64,000 bases of DNA. It comes from Antedon mediterranea (lineage: Eukaryota > Animalia > Echinodermata). Under the pieces are notes generated by a model that made no database searches, was not told the DNA's origin, and saw only the letters and a list, made by a program, of their open reading frames with translations. Below are positions 27,806-39,100 of the stretch, piece after piece. The stretch is taken from NCBI RefSeq assembly GCF_964355755.1, contig NC_092678.1, positions 23,515,365-23,579,364 of the forward strand. Direction: 5' to 3'. The translations under genes and the position numbers were made by a program. Position 1 is the first letter of the stretch, and each line of letters starts with the position of its first letter.

Positions 27806-28449
27806 GTAAGTTTTGCATGATGTGTGCTTGGCTCAAAGTAATCAAAAAACTAATGCTACTTTCAGAGGCTGTTAATTAAAATGTGATAAGTTTTCTTCTC
27901 CGCCTCCTTCCCTTCATTCACCTTAAGCTCTGTCTACACTTGACAAAAGTGTGATGTACCCAAATATGGTAATGATGTTCATATATGGGCATATCACATA
28001 AAGTTTGATAGTGTAAAGAAAGCTTTAAACCTTGTCTTGAAACAAACATGTCACTACTTCAAACTGAAAACTATGTATTTACATCAATTGCTTTATTAAT
28101 GAGGAATTGTGTTGGTACTTGAAAACTGATTTGCCTTGCAAATTCAGAAGCTTACACACATCAGGGGGCACACCATACAAACGCTGGTGTTCTTTTGCTA
28201 GGCGATTTTGCTATTTTTTTCAAAATGAATTTAATAAGCTGATTTTTGTTCATTTTGTTGAGTGACATCTTTAATTGTTTTATACCTTTCAATAGTTATT
28301 AATTTGCTTGCCTGCAGACTGTCTTAATTTTCAAAGCATGTTTGGTGTGGTTTTTACTGTGATAATACTTTATTAACTTAAAAACAAAAACACAAAATAA
28401 TTGCTACATATCCCATCCAACAGTAACAATATAGCTAAATTATCTAATG

Positions 28450-29338
28450 CAGTAGAACCCCTCATTTGGGACACGCCTATTCAGGGGACATCCCTACCCC
28501 TCATTTGGGACACGCCTATTCAGGGGACATCCCTACCCCTCATTTGGGACACGCCTATTCAGGGGACATCCCTACCCCTCATTTGGGACACGCCTATTCA
28601 GGGGACATCCCTACCCCTCATTTGGGACACGCCTATTCAGGGGACATCCCTACCCCTCATTTGGGACACGCCTATTCAGGGGACATCCCTACCCCTCATT
28701 TGGGACACGCCTATTCAGGGAACATCCCTACCCCTCATTTGGGACACGCCTATTCAGGGGACATCCCTACCCCTCATTTGGGACACGCCTATTCAGGGGA
28801 CATCCCTACCCCTCATTTGGGACATGCCTATTCAGGGGACATCCCTACTCGTATTATGGGGATACCATTACCCCTATTCAGGGAACATCCCCTACCCCTA
28901 TTTAGGGAACATCCCCTACACCTATTCAGGGGACACCCCTACCCCTATTCAAGTGACACCCTTACCTCTATTCAAGGGACACCCCTACCCCTATTCAAGG
29001 GACACCCCTACCTCTATTCAAGCGACACCCCTACCCCTATTCAAGGGACACCCCTACCTCTATTCAAGCGACACCCCTACCCCTATTCAAGGGACACCCC
29101 TACCCCTATTTAAGGGACAGCCCCTACCCTTATTCAAGGGACACCCCTACCCCTATTCAGAGGACACTCCCTACTGAGGTAAAACCCCTACCCTTATTCT
29201 GGGGACCCTTTTCCTGCAAAATCACTGGTGGTTAATATATGTGTTACCTCTATGGCCAGCCTGTTATGCAAGGACACCTCTATAAGGTTACACTTTGTTG
29301 GGTCCCTAAGGTATCCCCCTTATACGGGTTTTACTGTA
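28450..29338. repeat. 39-bp minisatellite (about 10 near-identical copies) grading into a 21-bp repeat, inside pogo/Tigger-like MITE termini
   Basis: Unit acccctcatttgggacacgcctattcaggggacatccct, then acccctacccctattcaagggac. The array is bounded by cagtagaacc ... ggttttactgta. Confidence 0.9.
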
Positions 29339-29992
29339 GTTTAAACTAATCTGTACACGCATATCATTTTGGTGTGAACACTGCAAAGGATTCAGTACAA
29401 ATGTGTTTTGAATAACATGGCTTGCATGATAGATTTCAACATTAACAAAAGGTCGCTTCATATAAGTAGTAGTCATTGGCAGAGAAATAACAAAACTGCA
29501 GCATCTAATCCCAGCAAGCTTACACACAAAGGTAAGAGTTGTTTTATTTAACGAGTATTAATAGCTGTGTCTACACTATCAAACTAATAATAAATCAAAA
29601 TATGGTAGTCATATGCCCAAATATGGTAAGTGATATGACATCATCATGTCCATATTTGGGCACATTACATAAAGTTTGATAGTGTAGGCAGAGCTTTTAT
29701 AGCTGTAATTCCTCCTTCAGTTCCTTTAGTAATACTGTATTTCCTAATAATAATATAATTCCTTCAGGCTCAAGTTTGATTTTCTTCAACCTATCATTCC
29801 TACCCTTAGTCTATAGATCACTTGCATGTTTTAACAGCAGGTTCGAAGAACTGTAATAATAATAATACAAATATTAGTAAATATTAATTTATTACTATTT
29901 TAAAGTAAATATTACATTATTATTAATTTTTTTTGTAACAATTTTACGAATTTGCCCTGAATTAACTTTCATACACATTTGATTTTTCTTAG

Positions 29993-30350
29993 TAAATGTA
30001 TCCGGCAGATTTGTGGTATTAATGACCCAGAATGCATCAGGCAACCAACATCCATCACTCACACCTACATCTCATGGTATTCCCTGCCTCAAGTACCGGC
30101 CATGGTGTACCGTTTGACAGCGACCCCGCAATCCGGTTACACGTACGAATTCACTCTTACGAAAGGCAATGAAAGAAATGAGTTCCAATTACGGTCGTTG
30201 TACAACGTCGGCACGCTGAATATGATTACGTCAATTCGTGGTCCGAGAGAAATCGAGTTGGAGTTGGAATTAAACATGTATTTTATGGGAACATTACGAG
30301 GAAGAAATATTGCTAAAATATTCCTTTATGTTTCAGAATATACTTATTAA
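29993..30350 (+). CDS. FBLN1: Fibulin alternative terminal exon, fibulin-1C-like domain III
   Basis: Phase-2 acceptor tttcttag|29993 fits donor 27805|gtaagt. It reads KCIRQICGINDPECIRQPTSITHTY...GNERNEF...GPREIELELEL...AKIFLYVSEYTY*, with AATAAA at about 30446 and 30527. Confidence 0.88.
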
Positions 30351-31218
30351 CAGGGTTAATTAAATAATGATAAAAAAAATTGTGGTAATATTAGCTGTAA
30401 AAACATAATGATATTATGTAAATATTTATTACATATTATATAGAAAATAAATATACGTTTAATTTTCTAGCTTGCTTACCAAAATTTATGAAACTTTTCT
30501 ACATTTTAAGCTGTGCATTTACCGGCAATAAAGCACTAGATCGAGTATATGTCCCTAGACCCCAAGAAAGGACTTAGGCCTAGGTTTGCTGCTTGGAGAG
30601 GCAAGGCAGCCACTCTGAATAGATAAGCACATTAAGACCATATGAAAACTTGAAATATGGGAATGAAGTTTAACAAAATGTACATTCAGAAATATCAGGA
30701 CCAGGTTGTATATTTAGCTTAAAGTTTAAAAAGCTTTATAATTATCATTGTTGTAGCTAAGATATCATTTATGTTTAAGTGTACCTGAGAATTTGAATAA
30801 ATGGTACTTTCACAGCCTGTTTGTTTTATGTTAATTTTGTCAGTTTTTGTTTAACAGTATTTACACATGCATCATTATTATCATCATCACTTTCACCATT
30901 CACCATTGTCACTACTTTCACTGTCATTACCAGTTACAGTAAGTATAGTACAGTTAGAATAAATACATTGCAGTTATAGTAAGTAAGTACAGTTAGAGTA
31001 AGTTCTCCTTATTGTCCTTGCTGTATTGTACAATGAATTTGTCCTATTGGCAAAAGATTTTATCTTATGTATAACAAGTATGTTGCAAGCTTTTTAATTA
31101 AAATTTGTTTTTATTTAAAATTAAAATGTTGTTGATGCCAGCATAAACAACATATTGTATTGTGTACAAAATTAATATTTTTACTAATACTATTTCATAA
31201 TTGTCTTTTTACATGTAG

Positions 31219-32227
31219 CGCTGGATATGGAGATGTTCAAAGATGTATGCGTAATCTTGCAGCCTGCCCTCAAGGTGACGTGTCGTGCCTCTTGAATAAA
31301 ACATCTGTCATTTCGTACAACTACCTGGCATTGCCGTCGATCCCAGCGCTACGACCTGGAAACCAAATTCGCCTTATCAGTATGCAGCCTACGTCGCTGT
31401 CCAGTACAAGTTCTGTGTTTTATCAAATTGTTTCTGGCAATGATCAAAGATATTTTGCTGTTATTAAAGCCGGAACCATAGGTTAGTTGTAGCAAAGTTA
31501 AACAAAAAAAATGTTAAAAAATGTTCTTTTCCCTAAGGAATAATTTAGTTCTTCTATTTGTCTTTGTATACTGCTTTAATTAATGTACAACACTTTGGTC
31601 TTTTTTTGGAAAAGCACTTTATAAATCAATATAGTCAAAATCAGTGTAGTATATAAGATTAGTTTTAAATTACACATCCAACAGCAAGTAGCTCGCCAAT
31701 TACAGGATAGATAAACTACATCTCATGCTTATAAACTCTCATAATAAGTCTCATTTGAGTCATGAGTTACAACCATGGTTCAGGATTGAACCCTGGACCT
31801 TGTAAGGCAAGCATGTTAAACACCAAGCTACCACTAATACTTAAAAAACATGGCACTAGGTCAGGATTGAACCTTGGATTGGAAGGCAACAGCTAACACT
31901 ACTGTTATTCCTTTAAATCAAACTTTATGTGAACAAAAAATGTGATGTGCCCATATATGGATATGATGATGTCATATCACTACCATATTTGGGCACATCA
32001 CACTTTTTTTGTCATATGAAGTTTGATAGTGTAGACAGAGCTTAAGATATCAACCAATCAATAATTTTTTTTCTGTTTCAGGAACACTGTATCTTGTAAA
32101 AGCAGTTGAAGGTCCATACGAAACGGAAATAAAACTAGAAATGAGTACATACAACCGAGCGATGGCGCTAATTTATCGATCCATTGCCGTTATCAGTATT
32201 CACGTCTCCGAGTATGATTTCATGTGA
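31219..32227 (+). CDS. FBLN1: Fibulin alternative terminal exons (31219-31481, 32082-32227), fibulin-1D-like domain III
   Basis: A second phase-2 acceptor atgtag|31219 gives RCMRNLAACPQGDVSCLLNKTSVISYNYLALPS...IVSGNDQRYF. A phase-1 junction then gives GTLYLVKAVEGPYETEIKLEMSTY...ISIHVSEYDFM*. Confidence 0.88.
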
Positions 32228-32649
32228 TGGAATTAAACGGCAAATCAAATTCTTCATTGTAAATTAGAAACCTATCTGGAGACTCCACCAGAATGTCTCT
32301 TGAATTGTATATTCATGTATGTAAATATGTTCAATTTAAAGGAATGCTTTTATGATGCGTTTGAGACTGAGGGTCAACTTTTGGGTGAAAAAGTTACACT
32401 ATGACATGAGTGTAAACATGACTTTCAATTACATGGGTGTGACAGCAAGCCTTTATTTTCCTGTTGCTGTATACTAGATGGAATAGAAGTTATGGCCAAT
32501 TCAATTACTTGTTGAATGGCTCAGCTTTCTTAATATTTGAAAATATTGATTCTATTCTTAAAATGAATTCAGTTTTAATTTCTATTATTATGTATAAAAA
32601 ATATACTTATGATATACTTATGGTGCCCAATTACTAGCTCATTATGCAA

Positions 32650-33010
32650 GATTGCAAGAGATTACTAGTAGTAGCCCATTTCGGTAAGAGATTACTAGTA
32701 GTAGCCCATTTCGGTAAGAGATTACTAGTTGTAGCCCATCTTGGCAAGAGATTACTAGTAGTAGCCCATGTCGTCAAGAGATTACTAGTAGTAGCCCATT
32801 TTGGTTAGAGATTACTAGTTGTAGCCCATCTTGGCAAGAGATTACTAGTAGTAGCCCATGTCGTCAAGAGATTACTAGTAGTAGCCCATTTCGGTAAGAG
32901 ATTACTAGTAGTAGCCCATCTCGGCAATAGATTACTAGTGTAGCAGCCCATGTCGTCAAGAGATTACTAGTATTAGACCATGGCGGCCCAAGATTTACTA
33001 GTATTAGCCC
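32650..33010. repeat. 30-bp minisatellite, about 11-12 copies
   Basis: Unit caagagattactagtagtagcccat(t/g/c)tcgg, lying between the convergent fibulin and HSD17B10 ends. Confidence 0.9.
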
Positions 33011-33745
33011 ACCGCTCAAGATTTTAGTAATTCCTTCTTGGCACAAGATTCCTGATTCATGGCAGATCAGAGAGCTGCATCTAAATGACCAGCACACTGC
33101 ATTCTTTTTCCTGGACACATATAGTAATCAAATCCTTCACTTAGAAGATGTCATCTCAATTTTGTAGTATATTTCAATTTTATATTAACAGCATGCACAG
33201 TGATTTGTAGGTGGTCAATTACTCCGATTATATACAAACAATTACCAAAGTATTTGCGCTAACTATTGTATCACATTGTTGTAAAAAAAACAGGTAAATT
33301 ATTAAAACATGGCATGAGAATTTACAGATAAAGAAATATGCCTTTGTGTATTATGTGATGTTGTTGAAAGACTGTGGAATCTGGTGTTGACAGCTATATT
33401 AAGGGTGAAAAAAAACACATTGTCTTAAGTTTATTTTCATACATCATTTATTATTTTTTCATGATTTTTTTTCATCTATTTCATTGCAAAATGGACAAGT
33501 AACTATAGTGTACTGTATTAGGTTTGGAGTGGTTGAACCAGTTATACTGTAGTAGAAGATATGTTAAAGAACCAGCCCTCATTCTCATGCATTCTAAGAG
33601 AAACCTCTTGTAAAATAGAGAAACATTTTACTAATGATGATATTCACACTAACCTCAATACTATTTGGTAATTCATAATTGACTAGCTAGATCTTTAATT
33701 TCAAAATGTATTGATTTAATTTTTTGTTCAAATTATTAAACATTC

Positions 33746-35767
33746 TCAAGGCTGCATACGTAACGCTCCGTCGAGTCGTACAACTTCTCCATTCATCATT
33801 GGATTAGCTACTATACTCTCTACCAGGTGTGCATATTCCTCAGGGCTACCAAAGCGGCTAGGAAAGGGTACAGTATGTCCAAGAAACATTCGCACCTTCT
33901 CCGGAAGACTTGCTAACAAGGGGGTATCAAATAATCCTGAAAAAAAAAAAATTCATTCTGGTCTTTGCTATTGTGATTTTAACTTTTTAGATTTTTCATT
34001 CATAGCATGTTTAGCTTAGAGCTATTACTTTGGAAAAGTTACTGTATTACAATATACCACAATAAATAAATTCATTAGTGACCTGGTCAATAAAATAATC
34101 ACAAAAAATGAATTTGGTACTGCAACCTTTGACCTTACCTGGAGCTATAGTGTTAACTCGTATCCCCTGCATTGCCAGATCCCTAGCAATTGGTAGAGTC
34201 ATTCCAACAATAGCACCCTTAGAGGCCGAGTAAGCCGCCTGTCCCATCTGACCATCGTACGCCGCTACACTCGCTGTGTTCACTATAACACCGCGTAACC
34301 CATCAGCATCTGGTTCATTTTTACCCATTTCACCAACGACCAAACGAATAACATTGAAGGAGCCTGCTGCGTTCACCTACGAAGAAACATAAGGCCCAAT
34401 TTACACAGACGAGCGGTAACGGTCAGCGGAAAACTGTAGCTTTCCCCACATAGAATCTATATCTATCCTGAGCGGAAACCGCCTGTCCGCTTTGCGTTAT
34501 TTGTAAATGGTCATAATGAATAACATAGATTCTATATTTTTAATACCATTAGTACTGCCCGTCTGTGAAAATTGGCATTTAGAGGTGTTTTAAACCTGTG
34601 TTTTTACATATTACTTTACATACATACTGTATCTCATGTTCTGAAGTTACAGATAAAATAATTTGACATGAATGGTTCTTTTGATCAAGAACGGAGGTAT
34701 TTGTTAACTGAATATTTTGAATATATACCAGTAAAACCCGTTGGAACTCATCCAATGGATGTGCTCTGTCTTTTCTAAAATTGTATGTCTTCACTGCGAT
34801 ACCAATACCAGCGCAGTTAACTGCAATGTCAACCTTTCCAAATGAACTCTTTGCTAAGGCAATGGCATTCTTCACGTCATCTTCTGATGTTACCTGAAAA
34901 TAAAAAGAAAGATCATTTTTCAAAAGCATCAGAAAGAAATTTTATTGAGTGACCTCTTCAGTCAAAGACTGGTCTCCCACAGGGCCCAGTTATGATAAGT
35001 GGATGTGATGTACTAGTAGTACACCGGGGTAATAATTCAGGAAAATAAGCTGATGATATTTCTTGAGACTAAATGATTCTTTTGACCGAATCTTTATTTT
35101 ATAATTGATTGATACATACATCTGCAGCAGCGAATCTACAGTTCTCTCCTAGTTCTTCAGCAATTTCTTTGCCAGGTGAGTTAGGCAGGTCAGCAATCAC
35201 AACTTGAGCACCTTGACGGACAAGTCTGGTAGCTGTTCCCTTACCAAGACCCGATGCCCCGCCAGTCACAAGGCCAACCAAACCCTACAACAAAAGGAAA
35301 TTGTTATTTATTAATATTTATATTTTATTTTTATAGAATATTTTATTTTATATTCAATGGCAAATTTCTGGTTGTTTAGACGCTGACAAGTTATAAATAA
35401 AAGCTTATAAGATCACGATTTGAGCTACTATACTACCTACCTTACTTGATAGCCTGGTCAGGCGCGCAGCCTATTATAGTAGCTCTAGATAGGGCTACTA
35501 CTACAGAACAGAGCTTATTAGGCCTACTAGATAGAAGATTAGATTGCCCTAGGGCCAAAAAGAAAGTAGGCCTAGGTTAGGGCTAGCCTAGGCCTGGCCC
35601 TAGTAGTAGGCCCCTAGCCTACTAGCCTCTTGTTTTATGCCTATAAAATAAAAAGCCATCATATAGCTTTTAATATAGGGCTAGGCCTACTACTAGTGTA
35701 CTTTTTAATAGAAATGTATATTTTACAATGCAAATTGTTTTACCTTCATTGATCTTATTGATGACAT
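33746..35767 (-). CDS. HSD17B10: 3-hydroxyacyl-CoA dehydrogenase type-2 / 17-beta-HSD10 (mitochondrial RNase P subunit MRPP2)
   Basis: Five in-phase exons: 35767-35744 (MSSIRSMK), 35284-35120 (TGGASGLG), 34893-34729 (VNCAGI), 34376-34139 (NTASVAA...YSASKG...RVNTIAPG) and 33936-33746 (LFDTPLL...PFPSRFG...[15 protein letters not shown]). Confidence 0.96.
34392..34578. mobile_element. MITE with imperfect TIRs in an HSD17B10 intron
   Basis: aggcccaatttacacagacgagcggta ... tactgcccgtctgtgaaaattggcat. Confidence 0.55.
34945..35032 (-). mobile_element. 3' fragment of the Deu-like SINE
   Basis: gtgacctcttcagtcaaagactggtctcccacagggcccagtt...gtacaccggggtaa matches 22600-22680. Confidence 0.75.
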
Positions 35768-36104
35768 TATAGAAATAGCAGAAATACTAGGTATAAGTAG
35801 GCTTAACTGAAGTGGAGAAAACGCTTCCAAGCAGGTTACTGAAGCATGGTTTTTTAGGGTAGGCATTTAAATGACCTGACCTAAAGTTTTAACCAATCAT
35901 ATGATTGCTCATTTGTAACAACCTATCAGCACAAAGCTCTTATTTGTGTGATCCCGGTGCGAGCATAAACAACACAATTTCACAACATCCGGCCCTTTTC
36001 CACATGTCACACGATAAAAGATGACCATGAGGAGAGAGAGATAGATGACAGACGAATAAATAGGGCTTAGAAATGTATAAATAGTTGACAAATTCTTGTT
36101 TAAC
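35768..36104. promoter_or_regulatory. Putative bidirectional promoter for HSD17B10 and ATXN10
   Basis: The divergent ATGs are only 337 bp apart. A CCAAT motif sits in the near-palindrome aaccaatcatatgattgct at about 35891-35909. Confidence 0.7.
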
Positions 36105-39100
36105 ATGGAAAAAATCAGCCACAAAACAAAGCACGAGTTGCTGGAAACACTCAAGAACATGACAGATAACTTTAAAGAATTAAAAAACAGGTTAATTAAC
36201 CCAGGTTCATTGAGGTATATTTTTTTTATGAAGGCTGCTAGCCTAGCCAAGCTAGGCTAGGCCTAGACTCTAGTTGGGCTAGCTAGAGTCAGCATGATCT
36301 GGCTGCTGCCCCCAGTCTACTCGGCGGAGATACCTTTCCTAGGCTAACTAGGCCTAGGCCTAGCCCATGGTAGGCCCAGCAGAGTAGTGTAGGCCAGGTC
36401 AAAATTGATATTTCAAATAATGATGATAAACTTTTATAATTAGTTAATACTAGCCTAGGCTAGTAGGCCTAGTCCTAAATAGGCCTACTAGCTAGGCTGG
36501 CCTACAGTATCCACTGCACCATCATATTGTTTATTTAATAATAATAATGGTATGTATCTTTTTAATTTCAGGGAGTTGCTGGATCCCCAGCATTTTGTTT
36601 TTTTGGCAAAATGTCTAGATAAGCAGTATGAAAATATTGTAACTGTAAATGAAGGCAGTAATAAAGAATTAGAAAAAAGTCATCATGATATTATTGTTGA
36701 ATGTTTGAGATGTTTACGAAATGCCTGTGTTGAGTGTCAGCGTAACCAGAACATGCTTTGGTAAGGATGGGTTGATAATATGAAGTGATCATAAATAATG
36801 CAGCACAAATTCATTATGAAGATAAAACCAAGTCCTACAAATCTCCCCTACCGTACAATTGCAATACTAGTGATAGAACCTTAATACCCTGTAGGTTAAG
36901 CACTTTGTTTAAAATTATTTATGTATGACCCACTATATGATGCAGGGGTGCGTCAAAAAAGCTAGATGGTACGTCACATCAATGAACAATGGTGTGTCAA
37001 TGTCACTTTATCATGCACCATATCATAAACAACATGGTCACCGTGCGTCAAATGATTGAGTCATGGCCACCAAAGTTAAGTCATATTTTTTACGCATAGG
37101 TGAGTCATGGTACTCATAAGGTATAACTCACATCGAACAAATGACGCACCCTTTCCCGGGGGTCGTATGGTGGGTCATACAATTGACAAGAAATGCATTA
37201 GGCCCTGGCCCGATCTGCCACACACAAATTAAAAGTTGCACTGTGGAATATTTACAAAGGTACATACAAATATTGCATAAGTATAGATTTAAAACTTAAT
37301 TTCTTTAGTAATTCTGAGTGTGTTAAAAATATCGAGAAGCTAATTGTCATGCTGACAAGCCATCCAGAAATTAAAAACCAAGAAACTGCCCTCAGATGTG
37401 CGGTTCAAGTCCTTAGCAATGCTGGAAGTGGTAACATAGCAACACAAAAAATAATATGGGATGCAATTTTTCCAGAAACTTTACTGTGAGTATTTAATAA
37501 TAAAATTATAATAATAAAAGCATTTATAATGTGCCGTATATCAAATCAATGATTGCTCATAGGCGCAGCACATACATGTATAAAACATAAGAATTTAACA
37601 TATTTTTTTTTCTTTACCTTTAAACAACTCCTTAAATCCCACCTTTTTAATTTGAACTTTCATCATTATTCTTATGCTCTTTTTTATGTTGATTGTTCAG
37701 TGTTTTTAAAATTGAACTTTTTTTCTTATGTCTTACAGAACATTGTTAAAGTTTCCAGATAGTAAGGTACAGAATTACACATGTATGCTAATATACCATT
37801 CCATCACCTCTGATGTGAATACATTACAAATACTGCAACCTCCTGGTATACCACTTGTTGAACTTATTTTAGAACTTTCTACTAAAGAAACTGAACAGGA
37901 TTGGTGGTAAGTATTGTTTTATTCCTTAAAATAAAAATTACATGATGGATAAACTATGTGATGGTGATATTCTCATTAAGGCTACATAATTTAAAAAAAA
38001 TGCAAGAATAAAGGTATTGTCATCATCATTATATTAGCATCAGAAATATATATTGAATTGTAACAGAAATTTCATTTTTAGTTGCTAGTTTGTACCTTTA
38101 TCAATTTATGAATAAAGTCAACCCTCCCAAAAAAAAACGGACACATTTGGGCTGGCCTAATATGTCTGGTTTTCTGGAAAGTCTGGTGTATGTGTTGTTA
38201 ATGATAAAAATAAATTTGGGACTGTTTGGACCTCAAGAAAAGTCTGGTTTTTAATAGAGTTTGGGAGAGTTGACTATACTGTTGTATGTATAATATTAAA
38301 GTAAAATATTTGATGAACATTTTCTTACTGGTAATGTTATATTTAAAGTTTACAGATACTTGAAGAACTGCTCAAGTCACCTGACTTGTTTCTACAATGC
38401 TATGGCAACCTCAATGACAATTCCAAAGTGACTCTTCTTGACATCACATCAGCTTTGCTTTCAAATGATACGGATAACGCCTTGCCGTCTCAGCCATTTG
38501 CAAAAGAGGCAATGAATGATCATCAGATGGAAGAGACTAAGTTTGATACTAAGATTCCACAATTATCTATTGACTTTCTAGCAGAAACATTTGAAATGAC
38601 GTTACTAACAGGGTTTTCAGCCGATTCCAGTACTGAGTCAAAACAAGAAATAGTAAGTTGAAAAAACATTTATGGTAGGAAGTATTTCTTCTAGAGGTTA
38701 TTCCAAGGAACACCATCCCCTTTTGACAGCTAAAATGAAATGATGAACTCATTTTTTTGTATCTATTTCTGACAGACTATTATATTAATAATAAAACACT
38801 CCCCCGTTTAATCAATTCTGGATATGCCCCTGAAAACCGTGTCATTGGTAACGAAAGAGCTTTATTCTCATTAAGGAAAAAAAAAGAAAAAGTTTGGATA
38901 TGGGTTTAAAAAATTTAGCATAATTCATTCTCATTAAATCAATGTAAGTGAAGTAGTTACATTAGCAGCAACAAATAATTCATCAATTAACCTCCTATAA
39001 GAAAAGCTCCGAAGCAGTTATTGAATATGACTTTGTTTGTTTTTTCAGTATATGCAAATACCTCTTCTTTTAAAAGTACTTTGTCTTGCAACATCAAATC

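Noticed and set aside
28401-29177. 258-aa and 215-aa repetitive ORFs (PLIWDTPIQGTSL)n
   Set aside because: These are translations of a 39/21-bp intronic minisatellite with no splice or domain support.
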